A stretch of 64,000 bases of DNA from Marsupella aquatica (Eukaryota; Plantae; Marchantiophyta): NCBI GenBank assembly GCA_973895155.1, contig OZ316899.1, positions 15,589,974 to 15,653,973 of the forward strand. The letters are read 5' to 3'. The notes under the pieces were generated by a model. It saw nothing but the letters and a program-made list of their open reading frames with translations, did not search any database and was not told where the DNA came from. This document shows, piece after piece, positions 11,280-21,403 of this stretch. The translations under genes were made by a program, and so were the position numbers. Position 1 is the first letter of the stretch. Each line of letters starts with the position of its first letter.

Positions 11280-13459
11280 AAAAATTGCACAAAAAATATT
11301 GAGGAATTTAATAGAATATCTTACCTCTATGTCCATATTTGTTTGATACAAAGGAGATGAAAGCAAAATTGAATACTGTCGGACATGTTTGAATTTGTTC
11401 TTCTGCTCAACGACAATTTTTTGTGTCTCATATGGTTATAGTCAAAGTTGTGAAGAACTGCAACATAACCATCATTGACAAGCATTGGACGCATGACTCC
11501 AAAGAAATAATATGGTAATTTCTCACTCCAAACATTCCACTTCGGGACCTCCCGGTCTGTGATACTCATTCTATGACCCGTGGGAAGGAAAATGAAACCC
11601 AAGTGAGCACCAATCCCAGAGTACGGTTTGCCGTTGATTATCATTGGATTTGGGTGTTCGCTCAATTTGCTCATTGCAGACAACCACTGATCTGCATCGC
11701 CCATCCAAGGAGGTCTTACTTTCCTCTGGCTAATTGGGTTTGCAATTTTAGTGAGATTGCTTTTTGCCAAGAAATGTCTATCACCGCCCTTCTTAAGACC
11801 ACACATTTGTGCTACTCCTTGAGCGATGCATGCTTCCTCCTCATTCGAGTCGAAGAGAATTTGCACATTGCGCTTCCTCTTTAAACGCTTGATTGAACCA
11901 AGGTCTACAACAAATTTTGTTGTGACCTCAACATCAGGAGACTTGGGTTCTTCTCCATCATTGGCCCCACTCTTCAAACTCCCGGAGGCTGCTGCCTTTC
12001 TCTTCTTTGAAAAACATGTTCATGTCAAACAGGTCACTCAGACAAAATTACTCTGAGTGCAGTATGAAAATAAGAGGAGAAAAGAACTTACTTTGCTTGC
12101 CAGACAAGATTGAACCATCTTTAGACAAGTCCTTCACCGGCACCTTCCAAGGTCTCCTCGATCAACTCCGGTCAACAATGGGAGCCACACCAATAATAGC
12201 TTTCTCCATTGCCTCACATCCGCCAGCCTCTGCTTTTGCAGGAGCTAATTTGGACTCCGTAATGTAAGACTCTAGTATCAAGTCTTGATTTATCATATGA
12301 AAGGCTGCCTTCTCTGCAGTGTCAAATGTCACTGCCCATTTGTCTGATGCCATGGACAGTGAAGGATTTCCCACTCACTCATCTTCCTTGGAGCCTCCAC
12401 TCCCTCACATGGGTACATCGAGTACTCTCTGTATTTAACAGAGGTTGGATCCTCTTTCACCCCTGCTATCCAAGGCAAGAAGCAAGCAGGATAGGACCAC
12501 CAATATGTTTTGTCAGCAACTTATCTATCCACAAAAAAACAATACGTATATCTCTTCGCCCTCCTCCAAAAAAGTGAGATGTCAATCTTCTCACCCGACT
12601 TTGGTGGCCAAATCTGTTTGAAAAAATGAGTTTTCACTCTTGTTTGGAAATCTTCAAAGTCCTCCTCTATGTCAAGGATCAGCAATGGCTTTGTCTTCTC
12701 AGACAAAGTAAGGATCCTCGCATCTGGAACAGTTGGGATCAAATCTGAAATAATCTTAGACATGAGTGAAGAACAAATTGACTCGACCTGCTCCCATACA
12801 GCCCATCGGTGAAGCCAAAGTTTTGTTTTGGTGTCAGAGAATTGACCGGGTGGAAGAAATTCTTGCAAAGCTCAAGTCTGCATTGTGCTTCAAGGAGTAC
12901 ACATCTCAGCTGGGGTGTCAATGAAGAGACACCAGTAAATAGTCTCGCACGATCGAGACCACACGACACATTCCCGCTTCCTTTGTCGTCTATTTGTTGG
13001 GCCTCCTTCCTCTCATGTTCGTAGTAGTTGTGCATCTCAACACACTTCTGGAAAAAGTCACCAAACTCAGGAGTCAGAAGAGGTCCAATCTTTGGCACCT
13101 TCACATTCCAATCTGCTAGTTGTTCCTTCATCATGTCTCTCATAGCCATGTCTTGCGCAACTTTAGAAAACGGTTCTCCTTGCGCTTCTTTCAATTGGAA
13201 CTTCTTCTTCAAATCTTTAGTCTGCGCTGCAATATTAGCAACAGACAAAATGTACATGCAGGCATCGAGTGTCATGTTCTTCGAATACCAAGCCGGTTTC
13301 CTGATATTTGCCATCTTTTGCTGGAAAAGTTTGTAGTTGTCTCCATCAATGATCTTTGTGTACAGAAAGATCATTGTTGAGCACCTTATGGACTCGCTCA
13401 GCTTCAAGCACCCAAGAATTCTCAACGTGACATTCAGTCAACCTGAACCAAAGAAACAG

Positions 13460-13477
13460 GTTAGCGAGATCGCTAAC
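13460..13477. promoter_or_regulatory. 18-bp palindrome GTTAGCGA-GA-TCGCTAAC in intron
   Basis: Perfect 8-bp arms with a 2-bp spacer, inside intron 13443-13534. Confidence 0.65.
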
Positions 13478-14631
13478 AAGAGGAATTGAAAGAATGTTTT
13501 TTTCAATTCACTGCTTGAAGGAATAGAAACAAACCTATTCAACGCATGCATGGCCGACTCAATCTGCACGAATGAGTTCTTGTCATCCTTGAAAATTTGG
13601 CAAACAACTCAAGGATGGTACTTGACATCATGTGGATTCTCGTCCGCAAGTTGCATCCACGAGTAGAGACGATGATTTCCATCAAAAACATAGAACATTT
13701 TGTCTTTCAAAATTTTGAAAGCCTTGTGAGAATCACATTCCCTCTCGAATTTGTCAATCTGAAGAATCCATGTGTCATCCCACGACTCCCTAATCACATC
13801 GTCGCACATCTAGACATGGCCCTGTTTGTCCATCATTTGGACATAAATTGAGGTGCATCCTCAATGTATCCCTTGTCCAGAATTCATTCTTGAGGGTCTC
13901 AATTGCAGTCGAGTTTGTCTGCAAGGACCAAACAATCTACATATTTTGCATTCTGCAAAGCGGAATCCTTGGAGGAGCGAGGGGGAATCCAAATTCATCA
14001 GCTCCAAAAGGGAAAAGATGGCGATTGATGACAACAGAATAGGGTTTTGAAGCGCCAGGTTGAAACGTAGGATTCACAACATCCACTTGGTTCACCATCT
14101 TTGGTCTCTTTGGTGTTTTCAATCTCGCCTTGAGCGCCTTCTTGTTTGCAGTAGACCTTGTCTCCCTTCGGCTTGACTCGACTGACTTGAACAATCCTAT
14201 TGATGACAAGCTCTTGGGTGAAGACAATGGCTCCATCAGCGGGCCAGTAACATGATAAGGGTATGAACAGGTCAAGGATGAGGGCAACACGCTTTGAGAA
14301 CGTAAAGAAACCCGAGAAACCCGAGAATCAATCATCCAGTCAAGGACAGAATTGTACCCGCCTTTGTTGCTTTCACCTGAATGCAATGCCCGGTCGCAAA
14401 AAGAGATGCAGATATTCTGTACGATGCTCTTCACAATCATTTTTTAGACACCGTCAGGGATACATGTACTTCCAAAAATATGATCAACCAAACTCACAAT
14501 TGAAGCAAAAGTATCGAATAACATAGAGACAAAAGTCCTTTACTCCACCGTACCGTTGACATCAAGGTACCCGTTGACCAATTCCAATAAATATAAATGG
14601 TCATAATGGTCACATATGAGAAACTATTTTT

Positions 14632-14649
14632 GCTAGCGACATCGCTAGC
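14632..14649. promoter_or_regulatory. 18-bp palindrome GCTAGCGA-CA-TCGCTAGC
   Basis: Perfect 8-bp arms, located between the two divergent genes. Confidence 0.65.
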
Positions 14650-14726
14650 CAAAAAATGGTTCTTAATTTGACCAAGTCAGAGAGGGTGTTTTATATGTTT
14701 TGAAAGCATTTTATGTGGTTGATTGA

Positions 14727-14744
14727 GCTAGCGATCTCGCTAGC
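14727..14744. promoter_or_regulatory. 18-bp palindrome GCTAGCGA-TC-TCGCTAGC
   Basis: Perfect 8-bp arms, 95 bp downstream of the previous copy. Confidence 0.65.
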
Positions 14745-15509
14745 TTTAACATTCCATATATAGTTCCATATAAGACAAAACAATGGTCAAGTAACGGGAA
14801 GATGGGTCATTTATTAAATAAATACGTTGAGTCAAACACCTACATGAGAACGTTTTCTCATATGTATATGGAGAAATAGGAGTGCGACGTATCTCACAAG
14901 TGAGGAGTGTTGTAGACTGTCATGTCCAAAACTATCAACATGTCTTCTCTAGGATCCAAGGTTGTAATCGAGAGAAAGAAGACCGGTGATGTTGTTGTTC
15001 TAGGTGTTCCAAAGAATAATGTTATCTTTGTCAAGGAGTCTTTCCTGTTATTGAGGTTTGGGCTTTTGGGCTTTTATCTGGAAGTTGTTCCTTCTTTATT
15101 CTAGGAATGGGTCTGGAAATCATGAGGTGCCGGATAATGGTTCAAGAATATTGTGACGCCGCCGGTACGGTGAATAATGAGTAATTCGGTCTAAACCGCG
15201 CTTAGCACGTGCGTTAGGGGTATCTTAGGCCACTATTATTAGCATAACGATAGTATTTAGGTAGCCATTATGAGTAGGAAATCATTAGTCAATAAGGGGA
15301 ATTCATGTTTGGACTGGCGGCGTGTCGCCATTTGCACGCCCGGGTTGCGAGCGTGGAGGGCCCCCCCCTCGGGTCCGTATAACAAACTTAGGGAAGTGGC
15401 CACTGACACGCGCTGACTCAAACCGGCGGAGTGGCCGGTACACTACAAGCGTGAACGGTTCAGCCTATAAGCAACGAGGAGACGTAGGGTGATTGACGAG
15501 CCCTCAAGG

Positions 15510-15518
15510 TATAAAAGG
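15510..15518 (+). promoter_or_regulatory. TATA box of the element-internal ORF
   Basis: TATAAAAGG ~100 bp upstream of ATG 15617. It is conserved in copy 2 (ccttTATAcc on the plus strand near 31172-31180). Confidence 0.55.
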
Positions 15519-15616
15519 GAGCCGACCCTTTGTAGTGCACCAGTCCATCAGTCCACGCGCCAGCTTTGACCCCAGCCCTCTCGTTCTCTCTTAGTCGCCA
15601 CTGCTATCTCCTCTGA

Positions 15617-18144
15617 ATGTCGCACACGATCCTCTCCAGTTCGGCCATTCGATTCTGGACGCAGTTCCTATCTACCGGAAGACACTTGGCCGACTCATTG
15701 AAACACGCCAACCCGTGCCGATATGAAATTGAACGCGAGTACAAGAGAGCCATCCGCCTAGCAGGACGACACCACTATATCCTTAACTTTGACTACCCAT
15801 CTTAGAGCGAGCTTTACCGACCAGCAGAGGTATCTGGGTACTTCTTCAACGGAGACAAATATATCGGTTTCTGGGAAGCATTGCTTTGGCTTTCGGATGA
15901 GGTCTTCAATATCCCGGGTACGATCGACTTGCAACGGCATCACTTCGACCACATCCCTGCTCAGGTTCAGGCTATCATCAACAGCGAGTCCAGCACTACC
16001 CGTTTGACAAGGCCGTCTGCACTTGCTTCGGAGAACTTCTACCAGCACCTGCAGAGCTTCATGGGAACTAGACCCTCAACCGCTGGCGCCGACCCAGTCG
16101 ACCCCATACCCGTACCCGCACCAATGCAAACTCGGGCTCAGCTTCAGTCTCAGCCTCAGCCTAGCCAACCCACAACGCCGATCGCCCCGCCAGTACAAGT
16201 ACGCTCCGTCATCAATATTGTGGACCTTAGCGACGACGACGAGGCTACCCCACCCTTGCTCAGGCGGCCCAGAGGAGCGAACACTCAGGGGGCCGACACT
16301 ACATTGTCCCCTCCCCATGTCCGGATCCAAGGAGCGGCTCCAGCAGACAACACGGTGACCGTGGCCGCCCCGGGCCCAATACTAACGGCGGTAGCACTAC
16401 CTATGCCCAATCGAGAGGATGGGGAGGTGTCACCCTCCCCGAGCCAGTCACGAGGGAAGAAGAGGAAGGAAACCGCTGCTGCATCCGGGTTACCAATGGC
16501 CACGGTAGCCGCGGCCAAGGTGACAATGCACCGCATGGGGGAAAACGTGCATAAAAACATCCTCCATCCCAAACATGTGGTGTACCTGAAAACTCAGGGA
16601 TTTGAGCACCTCGCCTCTCTCCCCTGGAACACTTGCAGGTACTACGGGGAGGACATGACGGAATTTGTCAAGAATTATGACGATGCATGTCAACATAATC
16701 GGCTGCAGGGAAGGAATATGTCCCTCACGGAAGAACGGCTCAAGATGATCTTCGGGTTACCCGAAGGTGACCACCAAGTTGAATCACGGGCTCCCGGGGG
16801 CAAGGGAGCCAAGTATCAATCCTTGAGTTTTCCCTCCAAGGGATCAGTGGACAACGGGTTCGTGATGAGGACCTGCCTCATCCCCAAGATAGTTGAGCGA
16901 CTAGAGTTCCAAAGGTACGCCCTACACATGATGGAACCCCGGGGGGAGATCTCCGTTGCCCAGGTTATCCAGGTCGAGAACTATCGACCTAGGAAGTGGG
17001 CATCGTACTTCGCTAAGAAATTCCATGAAGAGATGGAGCGGCGAAGAAAGACGCTATACATTGGCGGGAAGGCGTATTTCGCTAGCCACATCGAGATCAT
17101 TCTCGAGTGGTACACTCGGTTTGATCGACGAACCCTTCCCCGTGTCAACGTAACAAAGCTGGTCCCAGCTAGGTGGGTTTTCCCGGCCTTGGAGAGACGG
17201 CCCCAACACGAGGCCCGAAGTCCAGCGGCCACGCAGGCTTCACCCACCCCACCTCCACAAGTAGCTGTAGCCGTGGCCAAGGAGGTATCGGATGGGTCGG
17301 TAATCGCAACCGTAGATGCGATCAACCAGGCCGGGCAAGTACAAAAGTTGGGACAGCGAAGGCCTTACTCAAGCCCGGGTCTCCCAAAGACCCACCGGTG
17401 GCTATTCCGGAGGACCGAACATTGCTGCAGGAGGATACTCCAACCCCTTCCAACACTACGTCCCCAGGGCTGGATGTCACTGCCCCAGCCCCCGCGCGTG
17501 TTGACGTATGCCCGTGCCCAACTCCGGACAGGCACAACCTGGACCACCCGAAACTCTTCGTACCGGGTACATTTCTGAACGGGCTTATGGGAGATTTCTC
17601 TCATCAAATTTCCCGGGATACCGGGGAGTTCATGGCCCGAAAGGTAGACTATTTCTTCAATCAGGAGTTGGTTGACGCAGTAAAGGCAGGTCGGGCCTAG
17701 TCAGAGGCCCTTCAGAGGATAGAGCGGTACCGGGTGGAGTCTGTATACTTAAAGAATGAAGTTGCGGCTCAAGAGGCTGAGCTTCTACAACTACGACCCA
17801 AAGTTGCAGCCGCCGATGAGTTGTTAGCGAAGGCGCATGCCCTTACCGCCCTAGCCGAACAGGCCAAAGCTGGGAACGAGGCCGAGATTGCATGACTCCG
17901 GAACCAGATTGACAGTTTGAAGAATCAAACTATCATCTGGCAGAAAGACCTGGAGGAGGCCAAAGAACGGGCCCAGCGGGACACTGCGGAGATAGCCACG
18001 CTACAAGCCGAAGTGGCGCGGCTCCAAACCGAAGCTGAGAAGCAGGACCAGTTGGCGGGCAAGCTGACAAGCGACCCCCAGCAACTGGAGGAGGCATGCC
18101 AGGAGGCAGCAGAGGAAATGGACGGGGCGGCCCTTAGTATTTAG
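15617..18144 (+). pseudogene. ~850-aa protein: N-terminal domain, Pro-rich linker, PMD/transposon-like domain, coiled coil
   Basis: ORFs 15617 and 15881 are in the same frame across a TAG (CAG in copy 2). One frameshift at ~17350 and stops at 17698 and ~17893. Core motif GFEHLASLPWN..EFVKNYD..LTEERLKMIFGLPEG..WASYFAKKFHEEM. Confidence 0.8.
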
Positions 18145-19362
18145 GTCACCCCTCGGTAGAGGCAGGGGGATTTTTTTAGTCTCGGTATTGGACATCCGCG
18201 GTATGTGCGAGGAGTCCCGACCTCTGGGAGTGAAAGAGTACCAAGGGGAGGGTGTAAGACTAAGCTTGCTGGGCGAGTGCGGAGCCGGGCTCCGTTGTAG
18301 TGTACACCCTCGGCCTCGGACCTTTTCAATCCAGAGCATTCGGGTCAACTAAGTGTACGCGTATGTCTCTTATGGAGTAAAATCCCTTCCCGTTATTTCC
18401 TTCGTGTAAATCGAGATTTTATGCTTGTGCGTATGTATGTGTGTGAATCTCGTGTATAGGTGCCAACGCTTGGCCGAACGGACTACCCAAGTAGTGCACG
18501 GGGTGCAGCTTGCGTGTACATGGTTGCGAGCCCGGGTTGAGCACCCATATCATCAAAATCCGGATGGAAGGCGGACAATACGAAGGCTTAGAAGCCCTTA
18601 AGCCAGGGTCGATCCTGCTATCGATTGAGGTACGTTCCGGCGGCGGAACACAAATCATACCTAGGAGGTGTTCGTATATGATGATAGGCACACTTAGCGC
18701 TATTTTACGTAAGTTGGGTGCATTCCGTGCCTCCCTCCCCTGCCCGAACCCTCATTTTGACAAAGGAGGTGCCTGTTTAAGCCAAAGCCCGGAGTAAGGA
18801 CAAGGCTGACGACGTGACAAATATTGCCAGAGAGAGTTTGGGACCTGAAGTGTGGTTCAGTTGTAGAGATAGTCTCATGTAAGGATGACATTGCATATAT
18901 CAATGTTTTAGATCTAGACTCGCTAACTCCGCCGACGTTACCTGTACCCAAAATTATCAACATCTCCCCTAAGAATGTTGGTTGGGATCTCTTTTTTGTA
19001 TCCACAAAGTCTTCTGAAAAAGCCCTTTTTGAAGTTGTGAGTCATAACGAGTTTCAATCTCAGCCAGTTCTACATAGAGTAAGTGCATATGATGCCTTCC
19101 TCAATATTACTGGGTCAAGCAAGTTGGCAAATTTCCATAGGGGAAACGATTGGAAGGAGATTCAAGTGCAGACTTTGCCCACTTCATACAATGGGAACTG
19201 CGTTTTTGAGCTTCCTCTAGTCGAAGGTCAATTTTGTCAAGGATATGGTCTTCAGGACATGGATAGGGATAATGATGGCTACCCTTGGAGAGGCTTGTCA
19301 CAACTTCAGCTAATCTGAAACCCCGCAACCACTGGTTTGTGTCAAAAGTAAGATGTGCGGGT

Positions 19363-19837
19363 TGTCATGACCATACGTAGCGTGCTAGACTATGTAGTGT
19401 GCTAGCGGAGTCCATACCTTAGATGGGCCGTAGTGCCTAGTTAGGAGTCTGGTTCCATGGTAGAGGGTTAGAGGGGGTGCCCTGTTGAGGGTGACTCCTC
19501 TAGTAGGACCCGCCCTCAGGGTTGGAGGGTATAGTGTGGAGAGGCTCAAAGGACGGTTAGTTCTTTGAGTTGAGCCTTTGGCGTTGGGAGAGCCTTGGTA
19601 GTGATTGGAGCTCCTTGGCTATGGTGTCCCGTTAGCTTTGACCTAGATTCTCCATTGCGGAGTGGGTTTGGCTTGACTGTGTGTGTTCTTACGTGTTTTA
19701 TGACAGTATGTCTTTCACGGATTTCAGTTGCGGTACACTGTCTTGTATTTGTGTATGCTCTTGTCCATGTTATGCATGTGTGTGAGTATGGCATGACCAG
19801 CGATGTATGTTGTATGACGATGTGGATTTGCATGACA
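19363..19837. mobile_element. 475-bp LTR (TGTCATG...CATGACA) without matching TSD
   Basis: Perfect 7-bp terminal inverted repeat. The flanks CGGGT and CCCCT differ. It interrupts the transposase-like ORF exactly. Confidence 0.7.
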
Positions 19838-21403
19838 CCCCTGATTTCATCTATCCACGGTTAGATTAGATATTCAGCGACTGGAGACATCCAAACAATT
19901 GACAATTTGGAAGAAGTAAGATGTGCTTAGACATCCTTGCCTCTCTACTCTCGCACTTTGACACGGAAACTTAGGACTGCTTTGTTGCAGATGTTCCGAG
20001 AGGGAAGATTGAATTTGAGACGCCCTAGTAGTAGTAGAGCCAAGGCTAGAAAGAGCTAAGGAGAGTAAGAGGACGGCCCCCTTCTATTTTGGCTTCTTTC
20101 GGGTGATTCTGTTCCAGTGTGCTATAAAGCCCATTTCAATTAATCTAAAAAAAAATCAATTAATTGAAAAATACCTCATGGCCTTTTGGTATACATGCCC
20201 CCATTTGCTTGTAGACGGGCTACCATAGTATCCTTGGATTCTGCCTTGTTGGGAGTCTGTTTCCACGCTTCACTGTCCGTATACGCGCGACTCTCGTGTA
20301 GAGCCTTAAATAAATCTTTAGTGTGAAAGCGATATCAAAAAATAATTTTACAATGAAGCCGGAACATGGCAAGCGACTGGACACGGACGACTTGTTCCCG
20401 GTGCACACTTGGCCACGCGTTTGGACTAACACAATAAAGTTTTCCGTGAAAGCACACTTAGGGGGTGAGTTCACGGGGTGAAAAGCAGGTTTATGATTTA
20501 CATAGGGTGAGTTAGCATTTGACAGCGGTACTCAAATACACCAGAGTAAAATCCAGGGTGAAAACGGGAAAATGATCTTCGCGGGTGGCAAAGCCTAAGT
20601 CACCCTGTAATCTTCATGTGGGCAGCCACATTGAGCTTTGGAAAGGGAGAGCAGCAACGCCAGGTTGAGGTCGTGGAGAGGGAGAGCGCATCATCGAGCT
20701 TGGAGAGGGAGAGTGCAAGGTCTTTCACTAGCAGGGGTGCAACTAGCAGTGGACAACAGCGATTAGAGCTTTGTGTAGGAAGCAATTTTGATTAGCAATA
20801 GCAGCGATTTAGATCAGCGATTATAGCAGTGAGTAGCGAGCAGTGTCAGAAATGCTCACACTATGGAAAGTGTGAGGGGATGTCAAAAATGCTCACGGAT
20901 TATTAGCTATAGGATTTCACCTTGAGTTTTGACAAAAATGTCTTTTTATGCTCTACTTTCACGATAACTACTCTTTTAGAATTACAGGGTGAGTGGCCCA
21001 TCTTTTCATGGGCTACTTTTACAGAAAACTCTATTATAGACGCATCCGTTCCCAACTTCTATGGCCTCTGTGTCCTCTGTATCCTGTATACACTCTATAC
21101 CCTCGGATTTCTGCATCCTCTGTATCCTCTTCCAACTCCAAAACCCAGGTTTTCTTATGATGCAAGTTTGGCTATTCGGTTCATCAACTAATTCCTACAT
21201 GGAAGCTGGCCCCCTGTCTCATTGGCAAACCCAGAGCTGAGTTGCTTGCTCCCCCGCTTTGAACCCTGTGATTCTGATTCTTCTTCGCGGTAGCTGAAGG
21301 AAGGCAAATATGATACTTCTACACGGTGGTCCACAGAACAATTCCAAGCCACACAATGTACTATGATTCCCAAAACTCGAACTGTCAAAGTCTACATCAA
21401 TAT

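Larger units (their letters stand above)
10268..14236 (-). pseudogene. ParB/Srx-like domain + beta-class N4/N6 DNA methyltransferase-like fusion, spliced, with stops/frameshifts
   Basis: N-terminal RIPLCRM...GYIEDAPQF...KMFYVFDGNHRLYSW (ParB GxHR motif). C-terminal RPMLVNDGYVAVLH and SVGFMQAVMEILTLPKDIVIDWTIGDGSAFAAGEYAGRFVVGVE, matching the N6_N4_Mtase pattern PGDxVLDxFxGSGxxxxAxxxxGRxxIGxE. GT-AG introns at 13443-13534 and 11221-11324, and probably ~12000-12091. Confidence 0.75.
15152..18819 (+). mobile_element. 3668-bp TG...CA element (giant solo-LTR-like), 5-bp TSD AATAT, copy 1
   Basis: Starts TGTGACGCCG and ends GACGTGACA. AATAT lies at 15147-15151 and 18820-18824. Collinear with 27604-31546 in inverted orientation. 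No PBS, gag or pol, and no internal terminal direct repeats. Confidence 0.92.
9600..19362. mobile_element. Truncated DNA-transposon-like element carrying the ParB-MTase gene (-) and a divergent transposase-like ORF (+), interrupted by the 15152-18819 insertion
   Basis: ACAGTAAAAAAAATCC at ~9601 resembles a CAC(T/A)G-type terminus. GCTAGC(G)A and TTTCTCATATG motifs are shared between the left end (9632-9990) and the intergenic promoter (14613-14864). No right TIR was found; the sequence breaks at the LTR at 19363. Confidence 0.5.
14922..19362 (+). pseudogene. N-terminal fragment of a putative DNA-transposon protein, split by the 15152-18819 insertion and truncated at 19362
   Basis: ORF 14922 and ORF 18824 abut across the AATAT TSD. 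The motif VQTLPTSYNGNCVFELP...DMDRDNDGYPW...VRCAG recalls zinc-binding (GCM-like) N-termini of SWIM/Mutator-like transposases; this is from memory and unverified. Confidence 0.45.
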
